64,000 nt of DNA from a virus, in IMG/VR virus record IMGVR_UViG_3300046170_000274, positions 2,897 to 66,896 of that record, one strand, 5' to 3'. Both the position numbers and the translations under genes were made by a program. The notes under the pieces are model-generated. The model saw only the letters and a program-made list of their open reading frames with translations, had not been told where the DNA came from and did no database searches. Below are positions 9,675 through 19,763 of the stretch, piece after piece. Each line of letters begins with the position of its first letter. Position 1 is the first letter of the stretch.

Positions 9675-10665
9675 ATGCCAGAAGAAGAAAAAAAACTAGT
9701 ACCTATTGATACATCAGGACCTGATGCGGAAGTAGATATTGAAGAAGAAAAAGATGAATCCGTTATTGAAACGGAATCTTCAAATGAAGGAACAGAACAA
9801 GGAACAGATAAAACATATGAAAATGAAAGAGAAACAAAGTTAGAAGAAGGCGGACAAGTACAAGAAGAAAAAGAAAAAAAGGATGATGAACAATTAGAAG
9901 ACTATAGTAAAGGTGTTCAATCTCGTATTGCAAAACTTACTCGTAAAATGAGAGAAGCCGAGCGAAGAGAAAAAGCTGCTTTAGAATATGCTAAAGCTGT
10001 TGAAGCAAAAAGACAAACTGTTGAAACTAAATTTACAAAAGTAAATGAAGATTATGTAAAACAGTTTGAAACTAGAGTACAATCTGGTTTAGAATCTGCG
10101 CAGAAAGAACTTGCAACTGCAATTGAAAATTCAGATGCTGTTGCACAAATAGAAGCTCAGAAAAAAGTTGCTGCTTTATCAATTGATGAAGCTAGACTTA
10201 ATGCTTTAAAAGAACAACAATCAATAAAAAAAGAAGAACCTGCACCTAAATTATCTGATGCAGATAATCTTCCAAGTAGCACACCAAGTAGCTTACCTTC
10301 TCCAGATCCTAGAGCTGAAGATTGGGCTAGTAATAACTCATGGTTTGGTAAAAACAGAGCTATGACATTTACAGCCTTTGAAATACACAAGGATTTAGTG
10401 GAAAGAGAAGGTTTTGATCCTCAAACTGATGAATATTATGCGGAAGTTGATAAAAGAATAAGACTTGAATTTCCTCAAAATTTTGATACAAAGAGAATCA
10501 CAAACGTCTAAACCGACGCAAAAAGTTGCTTCTGTCAATCGTTCTACAACTAGACAAGGCAGAAAAACTGTGAGACTCACTTCATCACAAGTAGCGATAG
10601 CTAAAAAATTAGGAGTGCCACTTGAAGAATACGCAAAACAAATAAAACTCACGGAAGGAGCGTAA
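9675..10665 (+). CDS. Capsid scaffolding protein (indel near 10490)
   Basis: Acidic coiled-coil; W..NNSWFG; C-terminal LTSSQVAIAKKLGVPLEEYAK; upstream of the capsid genes. Confidence 0.7.
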
Positions 10666-10666
10666 A

Positions 10667-11125
10667 ATGGAAAAAGATAAAAACACTTCTCGTGCGAATT
10701 CAACTAGGTCAAAAACTGAAAGACCAAAAGTTTGGGTTCCACCATCATCTCTAGATGCACCCCCTGCACCTGATGGATTCAGGTATAGATGGATAAGAGC
10801 TGAAGTTGTAGGCTTTCAGGACACTAAAAATATAACCGGAAGATTAAGAGAAGGTTATGAATTAGTGAGGGCTGAAGAAGTTGAAAACTCAGACGACTAT
10901 CCCGTACTTGATGAAGGTAAATACAAGGGAGTGATTGGGGTTGGAGGCCTTCTTCTTGCGAAGGTACCTGAAGAGATCGCACAGCAACGTCAACAATATA
11001 TGTCTGAAAGACATAAAGAACGTAACGAAGCCGTAAACAACGACCTTATGAGGGAGCAGGATAATAGGATGCCTATCAACGTTGATAGACAATCTCGTGT
11101 AACCTTCGGTGGTACTAAAAAGTAA
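10667..11125 (+). CDS. Conserved head-module hypothetical protein
   Basis: WVPPSSLDAP...YRWIR...EGYELV; position between scaffold and capsid. Confidence 0.65.
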   Translation: MEKDKNTSRANSTRSKTERPKVWVPPSSLDAPPAPDGFRYRWIRAEVVGFQDTKNITGRLREGYELVRAEEVENSDDYPVLDEGKYKGVIGVGGLLLAKVPEEIAQQRQQYMSERHKERNEAVNNDLMREQDNRMPINVDRQSRVTFGGTKK

Positions 11126-11153
11126 TTTTTAAATCACTGAATTTTAATAAACC

Positions 11154-11180
11154 GTACTGGAGGCCCTTCGGGGCAGGTAC
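11154..11180 (+). promoter_or_regulatory. UUCG hairpin just upstream of the RBS of the capsid-associated gene
   Basis: gtac...gccc-ttcg-gggc-aggtac. Confidence 0.45.
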
Positions 11181-11196
11181 ATAAGGAGAAACAACT

Positions 11197-11757
11197 ATGG
11201 CAAATAGAAACGAACAAGGTTTTGGTTTAGTTGCTGCAGGAACGCTAGGACAAACTCCAGCGACTTCTGGGCAAGGTAAATACAAAATCGATGCGGGTTA
11301 TGCTACCACTTTATTTCATGGTGGTTGTGTTGCTTCTGCTGCTGGTTACATTGTTAATGGTCAAACTGCAGCTGCGCCTGTACTTGGTGTCTTAAACGGC
11401 ATTTTTTACAATGCAGCAACTACGTTGAAACCAACTTTTGCAAACCATTACGTACAAGTAACACCGGCAAACTCGGAAGATATCGATGCATTTGTATTCG
11501 ATAACCCTCAACAACAATATGTATGCGCAACTGATGATGCAGTAGCACAAGCAGGATATTTAGAGACGTATGACTTTAATACTTCTGCTGGTAGTACAAC
11601 TACTGGTCAATCTACAGCAACTTTAAATATCGGAGTAACTGGAAATGATGATAAATCATGGAGATTACTAAGATCTGCTGAAGATCCTGAAAACGATGAA
11701 AATGCGGCTTTCAGATCTGTAGTAGTAGTTGCTAATCTAATTGAGCTACAATCGTAA
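11197..11757 (+). CDS. Probable capsid decoration / minor head protein
   Basis: Ala/Gly/Thr-rich 186-aa ORF immediately before the major capsid gene. Confidence 0.55.
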   Translation: MANRNEQGFGLVAAGTLGQTPATSGQGKYKIDAGYATTLFHGGCVASAAGYIVNGQTAAAPVLGVLNGIFYNAATTLKPTFANHYVQVTPANSEDIDAFVFDNPQQQYVCATDDAVAQAGYLETYDFNTSAGSTTTGQSTATLNIGVTGNDDKSWRLLRSAEDPENDENAAFRSVVVVANLIELQS

Positions 11758-11778
11758 AGCTAGAATAGGAGAACAATA

Positions 11779-12681
11779 ATGGCAATATCACGATCACAAC
11801 TAGTTAAAGAACTAGAGCCAGGTTTGAACGCACTGTTCGGCTTGGAATATAAACGTTATGAAAATCAGCATGCTGAAATTTATAACGAGGAATCATCTGA
11901 CAGAGCTTTTGAAGAAGAAGTTATGTTATCTGGTTTCGCTAACGCACAAGTAAAAGGTGAAGGCTCTGGAGTTTCATTTGATGAAGCACAAGAAACTTTC
12001 ACTGCTAGATACACTCACGAGACTGTAGCTTTAGCGTTCGCAATCACTGAAGAAGCGATTGAGGACAACTTGTATGATAGACTTGCGTCTAGATATACAA
12101 AAGCTTTAGCAAGATCTATGAGTAACGCTAAGCAAGTAAAAGCTGTTGAACCATTAATTAATGGTTTCACAACTTTCCAATCTGGTGACGGTGTTGCTTT
12201 AATGGCAACTAACCACCCGACTGTAGCAGGAACGTTCGCTAATGAATTAGCGACTTCTTCTGACTTAAACGAAACTTCATTAGAACAATCAATGATTGAC
12301 ATTGGTAAAATGACTGATGAAAGAGGTTTAAGAGTTGCAGCAAGAGGACTGAAAATGATCATTCCTTCTGAGCTACAATTTACAGCTGAAAGACTTATGA
12401 AGTCTCAAGGTAGAGTTGGAACAGCTGATAACGATATCAATGCAATCGTATCTATGGGTATGGTTCCTCAAGGTTATAGAGTGAACAACTACCTAACAGA
12501 TTCAGATGCGTTCTATATCTTAACAGACGTGCCTAACGGTATGAAAATGTTCAACAGAGCACCATTGAAAACTGCAATGGAAGGCGACTTTGACACTGGT
12601 AACGTAAGATACAAAGCTAGAGAAAGATACTCTTTCGGAGTTTCTGACCCTAGAGGTATTTTTGGTTCGCCAGGAGCGTAA
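11779..12681 (+). CDS. Major capsid protein
   Basis: MAISRSQLVKELEPGLNALFGLEY...FAITEEAIEDNLY...KARERYSFGVSDPRGIFGSPGA; strong RBS; followed by a terminator. Confidence 0.9.
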   Translation: MAISRSQLVKELEPGLNALFGLEYKRYENQHAEIYNEESSDRAFEEEVMLSGFANAQVKGEGSGVSFDEAQETFTARYTHETVALAFAITEEAIEDNLYDRLASRYTKALARSMSNAKQVKAVEPLINGFTTFQSGDGVALMATNHPTVAGTFANELATSSDLNETSLEQSMIDIGKMTDERGLRVAARGLKMIIPSELQFTAERLMKSQGRVGTADNDINAIVSMGMVPQGYRVNNYLTDSDAFYILTDVPNGMKMFNRAPLKTAMEGDFDTGNVRYKARERYSFGVSDPRGIFGSPGA

Positions 12682-12691
12682 TCAATAATTT

Positions 12692-12721
12692 TTGTGGCGG
12701 GACACAGTCTCGCCACAATTT
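12692..12721 (+). terminator. Intrinsic terminator after the major capsid gene
   Basis: ttgtggcggga-cacag-tctcgccacaa hairpin with flanking T runs. Confidence 0.65.
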
Positions 12722-12741
12722 ACAAATAGAAAGACAAAACC

Positions 12742-12999
12742 ATGACAAAATTTATAGTAAACATTTGGGCGTATAATCATCACGCTAAATTTAAAGTAGA
12801 ATCAGAAGATTCCCCAACTGACCTTGAAAAATCTATCCTTGACAAACTTGGAGAAAACAGTATAGTTTGGGAAAACCTTGGAAATAGTTATAATGACAAG
12901 GTAAATAGAATAACCTATGAGGAGGTTATAGATGATACAAGACCTATACAAAGCAAAAAGGTCCTTGGAGTTGAAGTGGGAACAGGAGCATCTAGATAA
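12742..12999 (+). CDS. Hypothetical protein
   Basis: 85-aa ORF with AGAAAG upstream. Confidence 0.5.
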   Translation: MTKFIVNIWAYNHHAKFKVESEDSPTDLEKSILDKLGENSIVWENLGNSYNDKVNRITYEEVIDDTRPIQSKKVLGVEVGTGASR

Positions 13000-13141
13000 T
13001 AATAGATACACTCTTGAGATGGTCAGAATCGATGACAAAGTAAAACAAATCATCACTGACATTAAGCTGGAAGAAGCAGCAATTGCCCATAGACAGAACA
13101 ATGTTGAAAGTTCTGCTCCAGAAGTTTCAGTAGCTACTTAA
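12932..13141 (+). CDS. Hypothetical coiled-coil protein
   Basis: GGAGG RBS upstream; 69 aa. Confidence 0.55.
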   Translation: MIQDLYKAKRSLELKWEQEHLDNNRYTLEMVRIDDKVKQIITDIKLEEAAIAHRQNNVESSAPEVSVAT

Positions 13142-13189
13142 TAAAAAGCTACATCGTTGGAAAAAATCCACTCCACACTACAGGCTCTC

Positions 13190-13218
13190 TTGCACTCTAC
13201 TAAAAACTAGTATATAGT
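13190..13218 (+). promoter_or_regulatory. Sigma70-like promoter
   Basis: TTGCAC-17 nt-TATAGT upstream of the 13304 gene. Confidence 0.5.
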
Positions 13219-13303
13219 TTTATTACTATATAAATTAATTAGAACATAGACGTGTATAGTCGACGGCCTAGAGACTATGTTCGGAAACTAGGAGGATATA
13301 ATT

Positions 13304-13786
13304 ATGGCAAATACTACATTTACAGGACCGGTACGATCAGAAAACGGTTTTGAAGTAATAACTAAAAACACATCAACAGGTGCTCTTACATCTACAATGA
13401 GTCTTAAAGAGTTCACTGCAACTATTACAGTTGCTAATGGTGATACTACAGGAAAAGAAACTTCTATTCAAATTCCTACAAACTTTATTCCATTGGGAAT
13501 TGGTGTCGTAGTAACTACAGCTGCAGTTAACGCTGTTAACTTAGTTGACATTGGAACAGATGCTGACACAGACGGTTATGTTGACGGAGCTTCTTTAGCT
13601 CTTAACACAACTGGTTGGAAAGGTTTCTTAGGATGCAATGGTGCACTAGGTATGTCTGGTTTTGCACCAGGAGTAGCTGGTTTAGCTGGAGACGAAGTTG
13701 AGTTGGTTGTTTCAGGTGATCCAGGTGGAGATACTGTAATCGTTCTAAAAATATTTGGAATTGATTCAACATCTGACACACAATAA
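13304..13786 (+). CDS. Structural protein (probable head decoration)
   Basis: MANTTFTGPVRSENGF N-terminus; beta-rich; has its own promoter and terminator. Confidence 0.6.
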   Translation: MANTTFTGPVRSENGFEVITKNTSTGALTSTMSLKEFTATITVANGDTTGKETSIQIPTNFIPLGIGVVVTTAAVNAVNLVDIGTDADTDGYVDGASLALNTTGWKGFLGCNGALGMSGFAPGVAGLAGDEVELVVSGDPGGDTVIVLKIFGIDSTSDTQ

Positions 13787-13796
13787 TAAATAATTA

Positions 13797-13826
13797 GTGT
13801 GGGGCTTCGGCCCCACATGTTAATTT
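13797..13826 (+). terminator. Intrinsic terminator
   Basis: gtgtggggc-ttcg-gccccacat hairpin. Confidence 0.65.
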
Positions 13827-13842
13827 TAACGGAGAAAACAAT

Positions 13843-14133
13843 ATGTCATCAGACCAAAAATTTACAACACTTACAGCTGACGGACAGGTTAAAACTGCTT
13901 CAGGAGGATCTACTAATATTGGTCCTGCTAGAGTTACATACATTCAAGCTACAGGAGTTACAAATATAAAACTTTATGATGCAGCGACTGCATCTGGAGC
14001 CATTGTGTTTGAATCTACTTTTGGGAGTGAAGGATTAGATATGTATATGCCTGGAAACGGAATTAGATGCAGAACTGGAATATATTTAGATTTAACTAAT
14101 ACGACATCGGTTACTATCGGTTACACTGGCTAG
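13843..14133 (+). CDS. Small structural protein
   Basis: 96-aa beta-rich ORF in the structural operon. Confidence 0.6.
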   Translation: MSSDQKFTTLTADGQVKTASGGSTNIGPARVTYIQATGVTNIKLYDAATASGAIVFESTFGSEGLDMYMPGNGIRCRTGIYLDLTNTTSVTIGYTG

Positions 14134-14141
14134 GAGGTTAA

Positions 14142-14891
14142 ATGGCTAACACTACCTCTGGAACAACTACATTTGATAAAACTTTTTCTATTGATGAAAT
14201 AGTAGAAGAAGCTTTTGAAAGATTAGGTATTGAACAAGTATCTGGTTATCAATTAAAAACTTCTAGAAGATCATTAAATATAATGCTTCAAGAGTGGGGC
14301 AACAGAGGAATTCATTATTGGGAAATAGGAGAACTTGATCTTGATTTAATTGAAGGACAAGCAGAATATAAATTTTTTAGATCTAGTGATGATGGTACAA
14401 GTGCTACATCAAATCCAAATGGGGTATATGGAATATCCGATGTCCTTGAAGCACAATTAAGATCTAATAGAACTCAAACAACTCAATCAGATAGTCCGAT
14501 GACAAAAGTAGATAGATCTTCTTATGCAGGTTTTTCTAATAAGTTATCTAAAGGCACACCTAATCAATATTGGGTACAAAGATTTATTGATCATATTAGT
14601 ATTAATGTTTACCCTACACCTGATTCAACTAATGCGGCTAAAGATATGCATTTTTACTATATCAAAAGAATTCAAGACATAGGTGCTTACACTAACGCAA
14701 CTGATATGCCTTTTAGATTTATACCTTGTATGGTTTCTGGTTTATCTTATTATTTATCAATGAAATATGCTCCACAATTAACACAACAAATGAAATTATT
14801 ATATGAAGATGAATTTCAAAGAGCATTACAAGAAGATGGTTCAGCTTCTAGCACTTATATTACACCAAAAGTTTATTACCCAGGAGTATAA
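14142..14891 (+). CDS. Head-tail adaptor / tail tubular protein
   Basis: IVEEAFERLG...RRSLNIMLQEWGNRG...GTPNQYW...VYPTPD...PFRFIPCMVSGL. Confidence 0.7.
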   Translation: MANTTSGTTTFDKTFSIDEIVEEAFERLGIEQVSGYQLKTSRRSLNIMLQEWGNRGIHYWEIGELDLDLIEGQAEYKFFRSSDDGTSATSNPNGVYGISDVLEAQLRSNRTQTTQSDSPMTKVDRSSYAGFSNKLSKGTPNQYWVQRFIDHISINVYPTPDSTNAAKDMHFYYIKRIQDIGAYTNATDMPFRFIPCMVSGLSYYLSMKYAPQLTQQMKLLYEDEFQRALQEDGSASSTYITPKVYYPGV

Positions 14892-15493
14892 TGTCAAAAT
14901 ACGCATCAGGAAAACATTCAAAAGCAATTTCTGATAGATCAGGAATGCAGTTTCCATGGAGAGAAATGGTTAGAGAATGGAATGGAGCTTTAGTTCATTT
15001 TTCTGAATTTGAACCTAAGCAACCACAATTAGAACCTAAACCATATGGTTCTGATGGTATTGCACTAAGTCAAGTTAGAGTAGATAGAACAGAACCTATT
15101 ACAACTGTAATGATACCAGAAAATGGTTTTAAAACCTACCAAGCAGGATCAAGTATTATAAATGTAAATGTGCCAGGACATGGTTTAACAAATGGTACAA
15201 CATATTTATTTAGAGGTGCACCAACAATTTCACCTGGAACAGGAACTTCAACTAATCCTGTATTTGCTTATGCATCAATTCCAGACTTTGATGGAATAAC
15301 AGGAGCACAAATAGGACAAGGATCAGGATATGCAATCACAACAGGTCTTTATGATAATGGTGCAAGAGTTACAACAGATTATGCTTTATCTAATTTCTTC
15401 TTCTTTACAGTGAATTCGGATACTGCTACAACAGGAAATATTAAAGGAGGAGGCTACGGTTGTTCCGTTGGGCCTATAACAATAAGCGCATGA
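14891..15493 (+). CDS. Structural hypothetical protein
   Basis: AISDRSG...EWNG...EPKQPQL N-terminus; tail module. Confidence 0.6.
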   Translation: MSKYASGKHSKAISDRSGMQFPWREMVREWNGALVHFSEFEPKQPQLEPKPYGSDGIALSQVRVDRTEPITTVMIPENGFKTYQAGSSIINVNVPGHGLTNGTTYLFRGAPTISPGTGTSTNPVFAYASIPDFDGITGAQIGQGSGYAITTGLYDNGARVTTDYALSNFFFFTVNSDTATTGNIKGGGYGCSVGPITISA

Positions 15494-15624
15494 TAACACA
15501 TTTTTTAAATTGGATTAAAGCTATATTTACACCCAAAAAACAAGATCCTCATCTTGAAATGTATGAACCAAGAAATGATAAAGTAGAAAAAATACGTAGA
15601 AAATATGGAGGAGATTCTAAGTAA
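15490..15624 (+). CDS. Small hypothetical protein, 44 aa
   Basis: Manual translation MITHFLNWIK...; coupled at both ends. Confidence 0.4.
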   Translation: MITHFLNWIKAIFTPKKQDPHLEMYEPRNDKVEKIRRKYGGDSK

Positions 15625-16316
15625 TGGCCTACACTTTAGCTAATTTACAAGACGATATTAGAAATTATACTGAAGTAGATAGTGGAGTTTTATCTAATAC
15701 AATATTAGACACCATTATTAAAAATGCAGAAAATAAAATTTATAGAGAAGCAGATAGTGACGACAATAGATTTTATGCAACATCTGCTTTAGTAAGTGGA
15801 AATAGATATGTAACTATTCCAACTGATTTAAGATTTATTAGATATGTTCAATTAACAGATTCTAATGGTAAACAAACTTTTTTAGAAAAAAAAGATACTA
15901 GTTATATGGCTACTTTTTATGATACTCCAGGAACTGCTTCTGGAATACCAAAATATTATGGTAATTGGGATGCTGAATTTTGGGTTGTAGCACCTACTCC
16001 AAATGCTCAATTTTCAATAACTTTGGCTTATGTAAAACAACCTATTAGTATAACAAGCACCACACAACCAACTACAGCAAATCCAGCATCAACAATTGGA
16101 ACTTATACAAGTAATAAATATCAAGATTTACTTTTATATGGATGTCTGGTAGAAGCATATGGATACTTGAAAGGTCCTGTAGATATGCTACAATACTATA
16201 CTCAAGCATATGAAAAAGCTTTACAATCGTATGCGATCGAACAACAAGGTCGTAGACGCCGAGACGAATATCAAGATGGTGTTATTCGTACTCCTTTAAA
16301 ATCACCGTCACCGTAA
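15624..16316 (+). CDS. Head-tail connector / adaptor protein
   Basis: IKNAENKIYR...GIPKYY...VAPTP...DLLLYGCLVEAYGYLK. Confidence 0.7.
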   Translation: MAYTLANLQDDIRNYTEVDSGVLSNTILDTIIKNAENKIYREADSDDNRFYATSALVSGNRYVTIPTDLRFIRYVQLTDSNGKQTFLEKKDTSYMATFYDTPGTASGIPKYYGNWDAEFWVVAPTPNAQFSITLAYVKQPISITSTTQPTTANPASTIGTYTSNKYQDLLLYGCLVEAYGYLKGPVDMLQYYTQAYEKALQSYAIEQQGRRRRDEYQDGVIRTPLKSPSP

Positions 16317-16334
16317 ATTTAAGGAGAAAACAAT

Positions 16335-16757
16335 ATGGCAAATATAATACCGTTCGCGTTTAGAGGAGAGCTCTTTTCGGGAACACATAACTTTGCAAAC
16401 GGAGGAGATTCGTTCAAAATAGCTTTGTACACATCTAATCCATACTCAACATCTAGTACAGTTGTTTTAACTACTAACGAAGTTTCTTCTGCAGGTAGTT
16501 CAAACTATGAGAGAAAAGCTTTAAGTTCACAAGCAGTAGCAAGTTCAACTGCAGTTGCTTCAGTAGACTTTGCTGATAGTACTTGGGCTAATGCTACTTT
16601 TACAGCAGCGTTTGCAGCAATTTATAATGATGACAAGAGTGATAAGTTATGTGTAGTATTAGATTTTGGTGGAAACAAAACGGCTACTAATGGTACGTTT
16701 ACAGTTTCTTATCCAGATCCAAGTACACCTGCTAATGCAATTATAAGCATGGCATAA
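16335..16757 (+). CDS. Tail structural protein
   Basis: HNF...FKIALY...VDFAD..W...VLDFGG.KT..NGTFTV. Confidence 0.65.
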   Translation: MANIIPFAFRGELFSGTHNFANGGDSFKIALYTSNPYSTSSTVVLTTNEVSSAGSSNYERKALSSQAVASSTAVASVDFADSTWANATFTAAFAAIYNDDKSDKLCVVLDFGGNKTATNGTFTVSYPDPSTPANAIISMA

Positions 16758-16769
16758 GGAGAAAATTAA

Positions 16770-17765
16770 ATGGCGTTTAAATTAAACGATAGGGTCAAAG
16801 AATCCAGTTCGACTACTGGGACAGGTACGTTTACACTTGGTGGTGCGGTAACAGGTTTTGAAACTTTTGCTGCAGGTATCGGTGGAGGCAATACGACATA
16901 CTATTGTATTTTTGAAAACGGTACTAATAACTTTGAAGTTGGTTTTGGAACTTTAAATGGCGGAGCAAGTACACTTGCTAGAACTAATGTTATCTCCAGT
17001 TCTAATAGCGATGGTCTTGTAAACTTTGCAGGTGCAACAGAAGTATTCTGTACAGTGCCTGGTGCAAAGATTAGTTTACCTAAACCAGAAGAGTATGGTT
17101 CTTCATCAGCGCCAAAAATAATCACAGTTAAAGTTGGTACTAAAACAACAGCACATCCATATTCAGGTCAAGGATCTTCAAGTGCATATTTTCTTGATGG
17201 ATTAGAATCACCTGCGATTACATTTTCAGGTGCAGATTCATCATACAAATATTACTATAGATTTGATCAATCTGACTCTACTAACTCAAGTCACCCTTTA
17301 AGATTTTATTTAGAAGCAGATAAATCTACGGCTTACACAACAGGTGTAACCACTAATGGTACAGCTGGATCATCTGGTGCGTATACACAAATAGCAGTAG
17401 ATGCTAACACACCAAATATTTTATACTATCAATGTTCAAGTCACTCATTAATGGGTAACTTTGCAAATACTATATCTAATTATGTAAATGGAAATTTAAC
17501 TGTAGGATCTCAATTAATAATGCCTGATGTAACATCAGGTAAAATACTTGTAGCAGATGGTACAAGTTATCAAGAATCTGCAATGTCAGGTGATGCAACA
17601 ATTGCATCTGGCGGAGCATTAACACTAGCTAACTCTGGAGTATCAGCAGCTAGCTATACAAATTCATCAATCACCGTAGATGCAAAAGGTAGAGTTACTG
17701 CAGCATCTAGTGGATCAGGAGGAGCAACTAACGGATTTGTGATTGCAATGTCGATCGCACTCTAG
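16770..17765 (+). CDS. Tail fibre protein with cupredoxin-like insert
   Basis: LNDRVKE...TTGTG fibre N-terminus; SHPLRF...LYYQCSSHSLMG; ITVDAKGRVT; AMSIAL end. Confidence 0.7.
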   Translation: MAFKLNDRVKESSSTTGTGTFTLGGAVTGFETFAAGIGGGNTTYYCIFENGTNNFEVGFGTLNGGASTLARTNVISSSNSDGLVNFAGATEVFCTVPGAKISLPKPEEYGSSSAPKIITVKVGTKTTAHPYSGQGSSSAYFLDGLESPAITFSGADSSYKYYYRFDQSDSTNSSHPLRFYLEADKSTAYTTGVTTNGTAGSSGAYTQIAVDANTPNILYYQCSSHSLMGNFANTISNYVNGNLTVGSQLIMPDVTSGKILVADGTSYQESAMSGDATIASGGALTLANSGVSAASYTNSSITVDAKGRVTAASSGSGGATNGFVIAMSIAL

Positions 17766-17777
17766 TATAAGGAAATT

Positions 17778-18110
17778 ATGGCACAAAATTTTAAAAACTA
17801 TATAACATCTGCAACAGGAACTTCAGCAGTAGATGCTTTAGGTGGCGCTACTAACAGTATTGACTGTTTAATTAGCGTAAGAATGGCAAATATTTTAACA
17901 ACAACAATAACAGTAGAAGCTTATATCGAAAGAGGTGGTACTAATTACCATTTAATTAAAAATGCACCGATTGTAAGTGGCGGATCACTTGAACTGATAG
18001 ACGGAGGAAGTAAAATTGTTCTTGCTTCTGGAGATCAACTGTATGTCAAATCAGATACGGCGTCATCTTTAGATACAGTGGTGGGTGCAGTTGACGCAAT
18101 CAGTACATAG
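17778..18110 (+). CDS. Tail-associated structural protein
   Basis: GGSLELIDGGSKIVLASGD; follows the fibre gene. Confidence 0.6.
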   Translation: MAQNFKNYITSATGTSAVDALGGATNSIDCLISVRMANILTTTITVEAYIERGGTNYHLIKNAPIVSGGSLELIDGGSKIVLASGDQLYVKSDTASSLDTVVGAVDAIST

Positions 18111-18118
18111 GGAGAATC

Positions 18119-18562
18119 ATGTCGTATTTAGGAAACGCACCAAAACAAAATTTAAATACCATGAACTCTCAACAGTTCAACGGTGATAATTCAGAAACAA
18201 ACTTTACACTTTCACAAACTGTAGCTAACACAGCAGAAGTAGAAGTCTATGTCGGAAACGTTAGACAAGATCCATTTTCAGCTTATTCAATATCTGGTGG
18301 TACAACTTTAGCTTTTACAGCGGCACCTCCGACAGGTACTGGAAATATCTATGTAGTGTTCCAAGGTAAGTCTTTAGGTAATATTGAACCAGGAGCCAAT
18401 AGCATTCAAGCAGGAATGATTTCTGCAATCAACGGTGGATATAAAAATCTAGCAACAGTTTCAGAATCAATAACAGTTGCTGCAACGGACAACATGATGT
18501 TATGTGGTCCAGTATCTTTTACAGCAACAGTCACAGTAAACGGGACATTAACGGTAGTATAA
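18119..18562 (+). CDS. Tail-tip module 1 adaptor (paralog of 21547)
   Basis: YLG.AP...VRQDP..AY...F..AP...GPV....TVTV. Confidence 0.6.
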   Translation: MSYLGNAPKQNLNTMNSQQFNGDNSETNFTLSQTVANTAEVEVYVGNVRQDPFSAYSISGGTTLAFTAAPPTGTGNIYVVFQGKSLGNIEPGANSIQAGMISAINGGYKNLATVSESITVAATDNMMLCGPVSFTATVTVNGTLTVV

Positions 18563-18563
18563 T

Positions 18564-19154
18564 ATGGCAACATTATTTGTAGATAAAGTAGACCCACAAT
18601 CAGGAACAAGTTTAGAGATAGGTAGTTCAGGAGATACTATTACTATTCCATCTGGTTGTACAATTACCAATAACGGAACACAAACAGGTTTTGGTGGAAC
18701 AATGACACCAGCTTTTTATGCAGAATTAAGTGCAAATCAAGCTACTACTGACGGAGGAAATTCTAAAATACAATTTAATACAGAAATTTTAGATTCAGAT
18801 AATGCTTATGATAATTCCTCAAATTATCGTTTTACTGTACCAAGTGGCGAGGGTGGAAAATATTTTATTTTTACAGGATTGTCGGTATATGGAACTGTCG
18901 CATTTAGTGTTTATGATGCTTATTTAAAAGTTTATAAAAATGGAAGTCAATTTATGACAGAACAACATTATGAGCATGATAGTACACCAAATGGCTCTGC
19001 ATCTTTTCACATAGGTAGAATTATGAATTTATCTGCTGGTGATTATTTAGAAGTCTATTTATATGTTGATACAAATGGTGGTAATCCATCTGTTCAAGGT
19101 GGAACAGGCTCATCAAATAACACATATTTTGGTGGCTACAAAATAATTACATAG
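18564..19154 (+). CDS. C1q/TNF-like domain fibre protein 1a
   Basis: TPAFYA...IQFNTEILD...FTVP..GKY...YKNG...LSAGDYLEVY...FGGYKI. Confidence 0.7.
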   Translation: MATLFVDKVDPQSGTSLEIGSSGDTITIPSGCTITNNGTQTGFGGTMTPAFYAELSANQATTDGGNSKIQFNTEILDSDNAYDNSSNYRFTVPSGEGGKYFIFTGLSVYGTVAFSVYDAYLKVYKNGSQFMTEQHYEHDSTPNGSASFHIGRIMNLSAGDYLEVYLYVDTNGGNPSVQGGTGSSNNTYFGGYKIIT

Positions 19155-19161
19155 GAAAATT

Positions 19162-19755
19162 ATGGGAACAATTAAAACAACAAACATAGAACCAATCGCG
19201 GACAACGGCACAGTAACCCTGGGTAGTTCTGGGGATACGTTTACGGTACCTTCAGGTGTAACTGTTAACATGTCTAGTGCAACACAGACAGGTGTTGGTG
19301 GAGCTAACACTCCAGCTTTTCTTGCATATTCAGCAAATGGTCAAGAACAATCAATATCAAACTCAACATCAACAAAATTAGATTTTGAAACTGAACTTTA
19401 TGATACAGATAATGCTTTTTCTTCAAATACAACATTTACCTGTCCATCAGGTCAGGCTGGAAAATATCAATTCACTGCAAATATTTCTTGGTACACTTCT
19501 TCATCTAGTAGTTTTGAAAGAGCATTTATAATGTTTTATAAAAATGGTTCTCAAATATCAAATTTTGAAAGAAGAGGAACAGATATTTATAGAGGAAGCT
19601 ACTCTCAACAATCTTTAAATAACACAATAGACGTAAATTGTGCTGTTGGAGATACTGTTGAAGTATATGGTTGGTTTGAAAGTATCACAGCCACATATGT
19701 GACTAGTAGTTATACAATGGCGAATTGGTTTAAAGGATTTAAATTAATTACATAG
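19162..19755 (+). CDS. C1q/TNF-like domain fibre protein 1b
   Basis: NTPAF...FETELYD...GKY...YKNG...GDTVEVY...FKGFKL. Confidence 0.7.
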   Translation: MGTIKTTNIEPIADNGTVTLGSSGDTFTVPSGVTVNMSSATQTGVGGANTPAFLAYSANGQEQSISNSTSTKLDFETELYDTDNAFSSNTTFTCPSGQAGKYQFTANISWYTSSSSSFERAFIMFYKNGSQISNFERRGTDIYRGSYSQQSLNNTIDVNCAVGDTVEVYGWFESITATYVTSSYTMANWFKGFKLIT

Positions 19756-19763
19756 GATAAATT

